Positions 51,393-63,908 of a DNA stretch of 64,000 nt are shown here, piece after piece. The notes under the pieces were generated by a model. It saw nothing but the letters and a program-made list of their open reading frames with translations, ran no database searches and was not told the origin of the DNA. The first letter of the stretch is position 1. Each line of letters starts with the position of its first letter. The stretch is from Chiloscyllium plagiosum. Its lineage: Eukaryota. The position numbers were made by a program, and so were the translations under genes. Location of the stretch: the NCBI RefSeq assembly GCF_004010195.1, contig NC_057718.1, positions 30,902,902 through 30,966,901 on the forward strand, read 5' to 3'.

Positions 51393-53479
51393 AGACATTA
51401 GGCGCTCTCATTAATTAATTAAAATTAATACAGCCCTGCTTGCTCCTGAATGATGCTGTTACAAACAGCTGTTCTTTATACATATTTTATTTGTAATCAG
51501 ATGAAGCGCCTGTGCATCGTTTAAATTATTTAAAAATAAACATCTTAGCCTAAATCTATATTACTGTCTATAATTAGTTTGGAAAGCACAATGCACTCAA
51601 GTATGCCGTTCCTCCATTAAAGGGTTTGCTTTTGTATAGGCGTTTACTTGCACTATAAATAGTTGTGTCTGTTTGGGTTTTCTGCACACTGGATTGTCAT
51701 AAAACAATGCATGTATTTTTATATTGCAATAGAAAATTATGGCGTAGCTGAATCGTTAATATTTTCCGCGCCTCTTTTAAAGTAGACATAGATGTAATAA
51801 TCATATCAACTTAAGACAAAGTGATATAGTGATGGAAGAGACGGGAAGTTTTGAAAGGTTTCGGTTCTAATAACCACATTACTCGTTTTTGGCTCAAATT
51901 ATTTACGTAATCTTTAATTTATCAAACTTTGAAACTTATCAAACTTATCTATAGATGGATAACGTTCAAAGTTATTTATGTATTGATAAATAAATAAATA
52001 AGTTGGTAGATCTATGCCGAAACCATTTGTAAAATATTTGCAATTTGTTTAGCGAGTTTACTAATATCGGTGGAAAATATGCACGCCTAACAACATATAT
52101 ATCTTGTATCACGTCAATTTTTAAAAATTGCACTTTGCGATATATATTCGATTTTTTTCCCCAGGAAACTATCAATTAATTAAAAGTCTGCATTAATTTA
52201 CTTTGAAATTGTTTTAGTCATCGTATCATTTTGAGAACAGCCACAAAGCGTGAAAACTGACAATGTATTGTTGCCTTCTATGCCATCTTATCTATGCCAT
52301 CTTTTTAAAGTTGAAAATTGAGTTTAACAGGTGTCCGTGCTGTTTACCACGTTATTAAATAAGCATTCTATAATTTCTAAACATTTTATTTATACATTCT
52401 GAAAATTCCTTCAAGTCTTTCCGGATATATTTGTCTATGTTTGGTGGTTTTTTGTTAGCCATCTGCAAAGTCACACAAACCCTACAATGCAATTTTAACT
52501 CATGTAGTACTACAGCATATATAGACCCTGACATTGCCGAATGGGATCAGCAGAGTGAGTTTCTGACGTTGGTGACACTCCAGGAATGAGTTGGACACCC
52601 CGGCTTAGTCTATAATGTAAATCAGGCTTGCACAAACGCGATAATAACGTCAAAAAGTCGAGACCTTCCGGCTTTCGTGAGGTTGGAACCAAAACTTCTG
52701 CCATTTTTTCTTTTGTTCCCCTGTTTCCTGGCGGTAATCCCTTTTCTGAAATAAAGACATTCGACAATTGAAAAGACATTGCGTGCCTTATTAGCTTTTA
52801 TTCTGAATCAAAAATAATGAGTAAAAAATTCTTTTGATCCACTTCAGGAAAAAGACTTATTTTTATACAAGAGTCTTTCTGTTTTTGTTGACTTTATTTT
52901 ACGTTGACTCTTATGGCCAGGAAGCAAAGCCCAAACAATTTCGCCTCCTTTCTTGCGTTGTTCTTTATTGAGGTGAAATTTACAGGCTTAAAAACAAAAC
53001 TGAATAAACATTTGAACACTTTTTAAGAAAAAAAAAGAATAAAGAACAAATATGTTATGACACAGAGCAGGACAGGTGGCAAATAGTACGTAAATTTAAA
53101 ATGAACCAAAACTTTAAAAGAAAATCTCTTTAAACTCCAAAAACAACAGTATTTTCCTAAAACCTATGGTAAGACATAAATGGTAACAGTCACAGTGCAA
53201 AGATTGGTTCATTGATGAAGAAAAAAATACATAATTGGCAGTCCTTTTTTAGGGACTTTGTATTAAGATTTGTACATTTTACTGTTAGGATCAGAACGTA
53301 AACAAAACCATAAAAGATACATAAATTACACCAGATCATTAAACTACATAAACCCATAACTTTATTTTAGCTAGGAACTCTAGCTGTGATTGACTAATGC
53401 AGAATGGTTGAATTAACCCATAAATTATTTTCTAGACTCAGTGAATAAATGTTGTGATCATGATGCAGATCTATATTAG

Positions 53480-53950
53480 ACTATTCAGCAAATGTATATA
53501 TTCATAATGTTGACACTCAGTAAACATGTTTCGTACAATACTTAGCCTTTTTATTACAATATCTAGTAACACAATGACAATATTCAGTAACATATAATAA
53601 ACAATTAGCAAACCTGTACAACATTTGTTAGAAGACATGCATATGTATTAGTGTTCAGAAAATACATATGTTAGTGTTCAGCAAATAAATATGTTTAAAT
53701 ATTCAAAAAGCATATTCTATCAGTAACATACTACTAAATTGAGAAAACATATATTACAATATTCATTGCATATATATATTAAAACACTGTGGACATATGT
53801 ATTACAACATCTGGTAAGCACATATATATAAACATCAAATAAATATATATATTACAATTAATTATATATTATATCATTTCATAAGCAAATATATCACAGC
53901 ATTCAGAAAATATAGGCAACATTCAGGAAACACAAATTTAATATTTATTT
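53480..53950 (+). repeat. Degenerate AT-rich minisatellite (unit roughly ACAATATTCAGTAAACATATATT)
   Basis: Recurrent ATTCAG(C/T/A)AA(A)CATAT(A)T..ACAA variants at roughly 20-30-nt spacing. Confidence 0.6.
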
Positions 53951-55710
53951 AGAATGGAATTTGTTATAATGTATTGGCATATGTTGCTTTTGTAATGATG
54001 AGTGAATACTGTAATATGCATGGTACATTGTTGTTAGTGATATTTGCTGAGCAGTTTAAGCGATGTACTTGACTAGGCTAGGGGTTCAGCAATGGTGCTA
54101 ATAGAAGTATTGTGTTTCCCCACTGTGCCCCTGTCACTTGAATGTTTTATGCATTTATGAATTTTGGTCATGAATGTAATCAAAATTCTGCTGCTTGATT
54201 TAAGTCAATGTCAATCTCGCATTTCAAAATCATTGTAAACTAAGGCAACAATTTAGAAACATTGACGTCTTGTTCAACAATAGCCTATCACATGATCTGT
54301 GACATATTAACATGGACACAAAATATAAGCCATCAGTCATTATCGCTACACTATTGTCTGCAACATTAATAAACAACAAAATTTCTATATTTCATTGATG
54401 TATGCTAATTCTCAGCAATGGAACATAATAGACTTTTTAAAAAATATGATTTTGATATCAGAGCCCCAAGTTACTTTCCCTGTTCTTATAAAATTAAATG
54501 TATTTCTCATCGAGTTCTGTACTAGTTCAATGGAAATATATACAGATTAATAGCTAAACAGACAACTGCATGTAATAAATGTCTGGGGAAAATATTAAAA
54601 AAGCAATTGAATAAATAAAGTGAATTGCTGTATTTGACACAACTAATCAGATCTCATATTTGTTTTGTTTACTTGTAGATGCAAATTCTACAACCATTGG
54701 GTTTGGTTATGTAACCCTTAGGTATACAGTAATGGTACGATGTTCAACGTCCACTACTTTTGTAAAGTGCATGCATATCATTGATAAATGCTACAGTTGT
54801 CAAGCATTCTTATGGTGAAATAACTCATGACAGTTGCAAAGGGAATAGATTCTGTAGATTCCACAGAAATATGTATGTGGCATTATTTCTTACTTTAAAC
54901 AAACCCGTGATATCCATAACACTATTTTGACCAGTTACTTTTAACTGCTCGACTTCCTGCCACCAATCTGAAGAGACAAAGGGATTGGAATCACGACTGC
55001 CAATTACAGAGTAGTCAAACGGCTTAGTCTTCTACATAATATGTACTCACATTCTTTTGCATTTTATGATTGCAAACCAGGGAAAGCCAACCTACAATGG
55101 TGGCTTGGATAAGTTTGGATTGTGCTATTTTGCTTCGAGACAGAGTTTGGTGCAGCTAGTTTTGATGTTTTGGCAGCATTACGAAGTTGAAAGATGTCTT
55201 GGAGACCAAATGAGTCAAGAAAATAAATGCACAAATACATTTCTAACATGCAGTCTCGCTTTCCACTTTTTAGCTATGCATTGATGCCAACGGTGCTTGA
55301 CATGTCTAAGCTTGACATATTTCACTAACGACTCATAACGTAATCGCCATCGAGCTGTTGGGCGAGATGCAATGGTTTTAAAGCTGTCAATAGCAGCGAT
55401 CAAGGAAATGCTCTGTATTGTACCTGTCACGGTTTTGCTGCTCATTCTTCTTTCAGACTTCTGACGTCCTTATCAATATTGATTGTGGCATAGAAACCGG
55501 AAGGCAGATGAATATGATATTCGACAGACGTTGCTCAAACGTAAATTACAAGTTCAGTGAACGATGTATTTGTGCCATTGTCCTGTAAGTTAATCGAGGA
55601 AAATACATTCCCTAAATATCAAAATCTATTTAAAGAAGTTAGCCACGATATGTGCGTCTGACCTTCTATTGTCGCAAACTCGATTAATGGACGCTGTGCG
55701 TTTGTATGTT

Positions 55711-55747
<37 letters not shown>
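55711..55747 (+). repeat. Compound (TG)12(AG)6 microsatellite
   Basis: Read directly from the sequence. Confidence 0.95.
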
Positions 55748-57909
55748 TTCTACTCCTTTCATCGCTTAACATATTAACACTTTTAATGCAGGCAAGGTTA
55801 CCTTAAACTGAAAAGATACCGTCACAAGGCAAGATTACGTTTAAGCAACCCAAAGTGCTTCAGAATTGACTAAAACATCCTTGGGAAACAATCTTTCAAA
55901 ATAAACTGGTATTAAGCCACTGAGATGTTCATTCTCAGCTAATTAGGAAACACGTTTCCTGCATTATCCGCAGCAGAAGGGAACACAATATAAACTTTTG
56001 TTAATCGCATCAGTGCATTTTGTAGAAAAAAAATGATAAGAAATTGCTGAACTTATCAATTTGGTGAATGAGTGACATTGCTATTTGCTTATAGATGTGG
56101 ACTTAACTTTGCACTTTGAAAAGCAGAACTTAGACTTGTTCATTATTCTCTTTGTACACCATCTTGTGTTGTCCAACATTCTCAAAGAACAGATTCTTCT
56201 GTCTTGTTGCAAAAAAAGTCAACATAACCTTTTTGAAAAAAGACTCAATTGTCATGAAGCCTAGTCAACAATTTCAGTCATGGGTTACCCGTTGGTCGGC
56301 TTGTGTCATATCTAACTTGGACGATAAGATTTCCCAAGAGACAAATGCAGATCGTCGATCTATTAACAGAACAGAAATTATGGAAAGATTAGCCCAAATT
56401 AAACTACAAAGTATGGAATGCTATAATGTCCCATCAATGTGCACTTCGGAATATTTCAAAAGCTAGCAGTCGTTCTTCATTTACAAAATCTACAGATGAA
56501 CTATGTTATAAAGGGCTTCATAAAATAACTTGAGAACCCCGTTAAACAAATGGCTAACAATACCCAAAGTTGTCTTACAACTGTGTGTAACGCAGTCAAC
56601 CATTACAACAAGTGAATCAATCAATTCCGTGACAGGGGTTCACAAAAAACACTAATAACGTGAGTGTGTGTTTGTGTGTGTGTTGGAGGGGCGGTAAAGG
56701 GTGAGGGATGACTTCTATAGCGTAACTTACGATAATAACCGTGCTCTGTCGTGCAACGCAATTCTGCAATAAGGTAATATTAATTACGAATAAAACAAAT
56801 AAAACTTTGAGGCGATGGACAGAAAAATAACCCCGTTCCAGGGAAAAGGTATGTGTCTTGTTACCCTCGTATTGTTTTAGATATACTCTAAGTCCATTTA
56901 CCTCACGCAGTATGTGAGAGATAACAAGTCAGAAACCGAGAACGAATAAAGTTAACTGTATGAACAATGGTCTGTGCTGTCCTCAGACCAGCTGAGGTGT
57001 ATTAAACTGCTAGATAAGACATATTGAGATGTTTGACACGACGTGATTCAGTGGCTGGAGATGATACATGTGCAATAAAACTGGTTTCACTTAAATATTG
57101 GATGATACATAGTAATTGAACGTATTTTAAGGAGATGAGATCAATAACTCGATTCTATTCTAAATGATGGCTTCAACTTGCAACAGCCCAGCAGTTTGAA
57201 CCGCTTAGCTTGAAGCATAAATTTGAGAAACATTTAACGTTGTACATGTAAGTAGATATTTTATGTACTGTATCAATTGGTCATTCAGTACAAATCATTA
57301 GAAAGAACAATTGATCAATTCAAATGCCTACACTGATCTTCATTTTGCCGCCACAACTTCATAAAATGTTAAAGTATGATTGACTGCGGAGCACTGTAGG
57401 CAGGTAATCATGTTAGCAAAGTATATTGACGTGCTCATCTGACTGCAATTTACGGAGATTCACGCCAGCATATGTGTTCCAGTTTGGCGACAACCACTCT
57501 GATAATTGTTTATTCATAGATGTGAATATATTCAGAAATGTAATTATGTGTTGCAATTACGTGATTGATAGAAGATAGTATATCTACATAAGATTTTCCG
57601 AGTGCTATTGCATCTTTACACCTTCCATTAATGTTGAAGAGTTGCTACAGGCTTCAAGAGCACCGGGTGAAGCCGCAGCCGATTCATGCTGCAATCGTCA
57701 CATATTTCAACATCTCGCTTGGATGTAGAAATGCACCTTTTCTTAGTGTATGTAATTTATAAATAAGCTCAGCTCCATAAGTTTGTTGGAATCTGTTCAC
57801 TTATCACTGATCATGATTACGAGTCCAAATATTGCTCCCCAATTTGTCCGAAAGTAGCTCTGAAACCTAGGCTGGATCAGACTGCAAACTGATGCTCAGG
57901 TTCTGAGGT

Positions 57910-58004
57910 AGGGCGTGCGTGGGACGGGAAGTTGGTGGGAGAGGATTGTTGAAAGCTGGGGGAGTGGTGTGGGGGGGGGGGGGGGGGATGCTGGGCGAGG
58001 GAGG
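57910..58004 (+). repeat. G-rich tract with a G17 homopolymer (G-quadruplex-capable)
   Basis: G run 57971-57987 plus several GGG runs on both sides. Confidence 0.85.
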
Positions 58005-60904
58005 ATGCCTTAGCTAATGACAGCGTCCTCTACAGGAGAGTGAAGACATAATTTTCTCGTTGTGTCCAAAAGCTTTGCAAGGTAAATGGAATTTATAGGG
58101 TCGTAACCATCGCAAAGTCTCTGTCTTATAAATTGGTCGCTTCTTTCAAATGTTAACATTTGTAAATAAACTATAGATTTCTGTGTAATCATACAGTTGC
58201 ATTATCAACATTAACCAGCCTCTTGTCGATTGCCATGTCTTGCACGCAGTTTTATAAATTAATCCCCTCGTGCTCTCGGTGTAGCCATACAAGGAAATTG
58301 TAAATCTACCAAAAGATGATATACAAATTAGTAAGGCAATACTTTGGACAAAGGTGTTTGCTGCTAATCCCACCCTCCACCCTTACGCTCCTTCCCACCC
58401 ACCATTGCTTTAAGGAAGAAGAGCGAAAGGACGTAAACTAAAAGCGGTTCTGTTAAACTCTGAAAAACGCTCCGTCTGTATATCTGCTGCCTCAAATACT
58501 TCGCCATATAGTCTCAGGTGCAGCTTCTTTATTGGATTTAAAGCCAATGTTGGATTCTTTGTGGCTTTGCTAGCGCAAGAATAGTATCGCTCACATTCTT
58601 CTCCACGATCTTTGCCCATGACTTGAACTTAGAGCCGTGAGCTCCTGACGCAGCATAACCAGAGAAACAGTACTACATATCGCCCACACTAGTAAACACC
58701 TATGTAGGTTGGCCACACAATTACTATTATGACTAACATAATTTGCTAACAGGATTTTGAATTCAAGCCTATCTCAGTTCTTTTTGTACAGGATTGCTAT
58801 TGGATGATGTGTACTGTACTATGTAGTCGCTTCACTGTTTCAAGACCAGCATTAACCATAAAGTAAACTGTTAGGAAGACTAATAAAACGTTTTATTCTC
58901 TGTCCTTTGACTCCAAAAGTAAGAATTTAGCGACACTGAAGAGTTATAGGTATTACAGTTTAATATGTTTACGGATGCAGTACATATGTTTCTCCGACCA
59001 GTTGTGTCCACAGTGGTTGTGGCCTCCTATGATATGTGTATCTCATTTACTATATATATTTGATTTCAGGATGGCATTGTTTATATCTCATGTATGTTCT
59101 GTATGTTTTATAATCCACGTGCATCTTGCATGTTTGTAGCTATCCTGCTTGTGTTTACGTGTTTCGAGCAGAGTCTCTCCATTCTCTCCATGTAGTATAT
59201 ATCCAACATCTTTCCCATTCAGGATTTGAATTTACAGCACAGAAGAGGATCATTCGGACCATCGCCAGTTATCCGAAGAAGCCACCCATTTAATCCGTTT
59301 CCTTATACTTTCCCCTTTACCAATCACATGTTCCTTTTCAACAATGGATTTTGTTTACACCTCTGTTTCTGGTAAGACATGTCATGTCCTATTTGCATTT
59401 TTAAAAATCTGATGTCTCTAATGTTTCTGTAGTTTGTAACAATGTATACTGCTGTGTATGTGACTAGAGCTTGAATATCTGCACTTAAAAGTTGTTAGTA
59501 TGTTTCTTAAAGCAACTAATTTGCTTACCTTGCGACTATTTGCTGTTGTGGTGTGTTAATAGGTTAAATGTTTTTGTATATTGTATCAGTGCTCATTATA
59601 TTGGTAATTAGCATTGTGCGCCGATAAAACAGACCACCTGGACAATCTTGTATATGTTGATACGTTCCATGTACCTGCTCCCTTTGAATATTTTCTATGA
59701 GTACATACTTGTGGAAAACATGTACTTTGTTTTGAGAGCACATAGGCTCTCTATATGTATTTGGATTGTAAATAGACTGCATACAAAAATTATTTGTGTA
59801 TATGTTCATGGTGAAGTTATTTGTACCAATCAAGTCACTGTTTCGTAAGTGTATATCTATAACTGTGTGCCTGTATATTCAGTCTGCGTGCTTTAGCTGT
59901 GCATCATTTATTTTATTTGAACATGTGCGTTATTAATACATTTGTATATTTATTTTTAGATGTTATGTGTCATGCATCTGCACAATGTGTACTTTTGACT
60001 GTTGTGTTTGTATGTTAGGTGTTGTTTGTGCTATGCTGTGCTCTATTCCTGTCGGCTTTATCATTGTGCTAAGGAGTGCTGTGTTTGCGGACTGTAGAAC
60101 ACAATCATGTTCATAAATTGTGAAACGCTTTTGTATATGAACATATGAAGCCTTGTTTAATTAGTTCCAGCAGTTTTGTTGTAGTAGGACAAGCAGAATA
60201 ATAAGGGATTAGTACAATCAACTTCTATTCACTCAGCAAACATTGTAAGTAGAAAGAAACAAACTAAATGTGACAACAACACGCGTAAAACATAAGATTT
60301 CGATAGAGCTGGATTTGGATTGATTGGTACAATAATGTCACATTTACAATTTCTGTATGACTGGGTGCTTTAATAGCAGGCTTTTGGCTTTGCAGGGAAG
60401 AGAATGACGAGTCATATGCTTTATTTTCCCAGGGATTCGTGTTGTAAAAGAAGAACCAAAGCTCTATTGAGGAAATGTAAGCATACGCAGGCATTGCCAA
60501 TACAACACGTCTTGGGTTAACAATTAGAATAACAAATTGTAATGCTATCTTTCAGCACTTTCCACAATCTCATCCCCCTCACCACCACCCCCACTTTAAA
60601 GTCCCTAAAACCACTCCGACCCCGCCCCATACGAGTTTCTGAATTAACCAGCCATTGTTGAAAAGCCAAGTAGTCAATACCTTGAGGTGTTTTACACATG
60701 TTTTGCGCAAATATCTATTGGGGATTGTGGTAGCGTTGGATTATAGCTGTGGGTATATCCGAAAAGAAGACCTCCTACTTGTACATTGTTTACAATGAAT
60801 TCAAACAGACTGAAAGACGAACAAAAGGTTGTCCAAATGTGACTTTCTCAACCATCATTGTTAAATTAGAAGACAAGATAGTGTAACGATGAAAGAAATC
60901 GCAA

Positions 60905-60990
60905 GTTCTACCTATTTACGGTACCTATCTATCGATGCGTCGACCTACCTACCTGCTATCTATGTTCGACCTACCTGTCTGTTCGTCCAA
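60905..60990 (+). repeat. Degenerate (CTAC/CTAT)n tetranucleotide repeat
   Basis: CTACCTAT..TACCTATCTATC..ACCTACCTACCT..CTATCTAT. Confidence 0.7.
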
Positions 60991-61461
60991 TTAACTCCAA
61001 TATGCATCAATGACACAATTATAAATGAACTGCATAGGCAAAACTATGGTAACCTTCTTGTCTTCCAGTAATTAATTCGTGCAGATGTTTGGTTGACTTG
61101 GAATGATAATCAGCGGGCGGTCGATTTAGATTTATTTACATAGGTGCAAGTTCTTACCTCCACTTGTGATACTTGTATTGAGAGATTTCCTGCCTGTGGT
61201 TTAACGTTGTGTTTAAAAAGATTCATTTAGTCTTACATCGCAACACAAACACAAAACGACTTTACAACTTAAACATCTAGGAATCCTTTCATAGTTAAGT
61301 GGAATCCACTTTGGAAAACTTTAAACCTTAGTGTGTCACCACAATGAGAATAAATCTTTTTCAAGGTTAATTTCACAATCATGCGCTCTATATAAAATGA
61401 CTTGGCCATCAAATAGTCAGCAATGCCTTAAATTAAGGTTTTTAATGCGATTCCAGATTTA

Positions 61462-61908
61462 GGTGGTCACCTGTGGCTTAGTTGGTAGCTCCTTTTCATG
61501 GATCAAAAAATGGTTCTAGTTCCATTCCAGGACCCTGAATACAAACATAAAAGCTGACATCCCAGTACAGTATTGAGGACGTGCTGCATTGATGGGTGCT
61601 ATTTCTCCGATAAGATTCGAATGGAACCCTCATTCGTCCTCTCAGGTAGGCACAAAATATTCTGTGGCATTATTTTGGAGTTAAAAACCTGGGAAGTTAT
61701 TTCGGGTGATATATGCTGCCCATAGCAGGGTACGCCCATGTCCCACGAGGGAATAATAAAGTGGCATTGTTGTTGGCTTTTGCTGTGTCCAAGCTGGCTG
61801 CACTATTTCTGACATGACAGCAGGGATTGTGTTTCAAACGTCCGTCATTCATGTGAAACTTTGAGACGCTCGATGGCTTTTGAAAACTGTTATATAAATT
61901 TGATTTCT
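61462..61908 (+). mobile_element. Deu-domain tRNA SINE (SacSINE1/AmnSINE-like)
   Basis: A box TGGCTTAGTTGG, B-box-like GGTTCTAGTTCC, core GCTGACATCCCAGTACAGTATTGAGG..CCTCTCAGGT..TTGCTGTGTCCAAGCTGGCTGC, L2-like tail TATATAAAT. Confidence 0.75.
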
Positions 61909-62023
61909 AATTAAAAATGCATCATACTTCTAAAGACTGGAGGTATTCGTCAATAATAGCATATTATTAGTCCGAAAAAACGTTTACCATAAAGAGTGAA
62001 AGAAAAGTCAGAAGGGTTCTGTA

Positions 62024-62163
62024 GATCTGAAATAAGAACAGAACATGCTGGAGAAACTCAGCAGCAATAACAGTCCCATTGAACTGGAAACATTTGCTCT
62101 GCTTCTCTCTCCACAGCTGCTGCCGAACCTACTGAGTTTCTCCAGCACCTACTGTTCCTTTTT
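62024..62163. mobile_element. Family C palindromic Penelope-derived fragment
   Basis: AACAG..TGCTGGAGAAACTCAG is paired with CTGAGTTTCTCCAGCA..CTGTT. Confidence 0.75.
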
Positions 62164-62629
62164 GGGTAGTGCATGGTCAGCAAGTCAATGCAGGATTATC
62201 TTGCTACAAGAATACATAATGTGTGACTACGGTTTTATCAGAAAACCCATGCAAGGGAAGCAATTCATTGGCAAATTGGGGCTGCCAGTGAAGCAACTGC
62301 ATTACCAAAGAAAAGCAAAGTAGAATAGCCACATCGCAATGCAGTCAGTTATCCGCTGAGATTCACAATTAGCCACACACTCGTAACACTCTCATTTACT
62401 CACTGACATAGACACGCAAATTCTCTCTCACTCACCATTCACATGCTCGCAATACTCTCATGCCTATAAAACGTACAAATTGCACTGTTGAGTAATAAGG
62501 TCAGTAATGTACAAGAATGGACAGTTCTTATTCCCACAAACGTCCTGACACCAGTACATACCTAACAATCATTTCATAATCTGGACGACCAGATCAGGTT
62601 GCATCGCTTTCTGAATAGAACAGCGTAGG

Positions 62630-63570
62630 ATAATGTGTGGGAAAAATCGTTGATTTTGAAATTAGCGACCGAATTTGTATTTACCCTCACTGCTACCCAA
62701 GCGATTGAATTTACCGCAATCCCTTGTCTCTGTAACGAATATCATGGTGAGTGGGGTTGAGAGGGACGGAGAGGTCCCGGTGGGGGTGAAGCTGCCAACT
62801 GGGAAATATGCAACATTATTTAATATTGTTATAACAGACTGGAGTGTTGAATGGCAAATCACATTTAACAGAGATTAATGGGGTGAGGTGACCTACTCGG
62901 CAGGAAAAGGGATATATCACCTGCACCATAGAAATTAATAAAAAAGTAGCATTGCAGGTGAGAATTTTTTTTAAAAGCTAACAAAACTCGAGGATAATAT
63001 AAAATTCAAAAGTGATAAAGATGTGCTGAACTTGTGTAGACACTTGTCAGCCTGCAAATGGAACACTGTGTGCAGTTGTGGATATCTTGTCATAAAAAGG
63101 ACATAAACACACCAGCGAATGTCCGAAAGGATTTACAAGGATGACATCAGAATACAATATTGCAACTACTGGGAAAGATTGAACAGATAGGAGACATCGT
63201 TTTTTGTAGAAAAGTCTTAAAGATAAGCTGAGAGGGGTCTTCAGAATTGAGTAGGACAGATGCAAAGCGAACGTTGCCACTAATGGAAGTAAATACACAT
63301 TTGTTACCTTAAAGAAAATCCAACATCGACATAAATAAGAAGAAATGTTTTTATTTAGTGCGCGGTAACAATGTGAAACTCACTCCTATCACAGGAAGTG
63401 GTTGAGGGAAATCACTTAGCTGCTTCCGAAAGAAAACTAAATGAGTACACGATAGAAAAAGAAACAGAAAGATATGCTGAAACCACAGGATCAGGGAAAC
63501 AATGCAAGTTAAACACTAGCACATTACGGTGGACCGACATTCTGTTTTACATACTGAGCAGTTCTGTAAT
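62630..63570 (+). mobile_element. Very decayed CR1 3' portion with retained CpGs
   Basis: ..EWQITFNRD, VLNLCRHL, KGFTRM, LRGVFRI, WNSL-like remnants and a CR1 3' UTR. Confidence 0.6.
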
Positions 63571-63654
63571 ATGATACTGCAAATGTTGATAGTTATTAAT
63601 TAAATGTTACTATAATATTGTTTGGGATCAACATTAACACAATATATTTTAAAA

Positions 63655-63908
63655 AAAAACAAAGAACGGCAGATGCTGGAAATCAGAAACAAAAACAGAA
63701 ATTGCTGGAAAACGTCAGCAGGTCCGGCAGTATCTGTGGAGAGAAATCAGAGTTAAAGTTTCGAATTCAGTGACCCTTCTTCAGAATTGGTTCAGAACTG
63801 GGAACAGCGTTCCGAAGAAGGGTCACTGGACTCGGAACGTTAACTCTGATTTCTCTCCACAGATGCTGCCGGACCTGTTGACGTTTTCCAGTCATTTCTA
63901 TTTTTGTT
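63655..63908. mobile_element. Family C palindromic Penelope-derived element, ~100-bp inverted arms
   Basis: ~63688-63787 pairs with ~63809-63908; each arm carries a C(T/C)GAAGA-A-GGGTC-ACT..-G(A/G)AAC hammerhead-like core. Confidence 0.88.

Noticed and set aside
56755..56765. AACGCAATTCT, matching the 3' half of miR-219
   Set aside because: The 5' seed does not match and there is no convincing precursor.
59000..60150. TG/TA-rich stretch with ORFs 59564-59833 and 59648-59848
   Set aside because: Degenerate (TG/TA)n low-complexity DNA with a small CR1 tail piece; the peptides are composition-driven.
62668..62678. ACCGAATTTGT, matching the 3' half of miR-10
   Set aside because: Seed half absent, no hairpin partner, and it lies at the edge of a decayed CR1.
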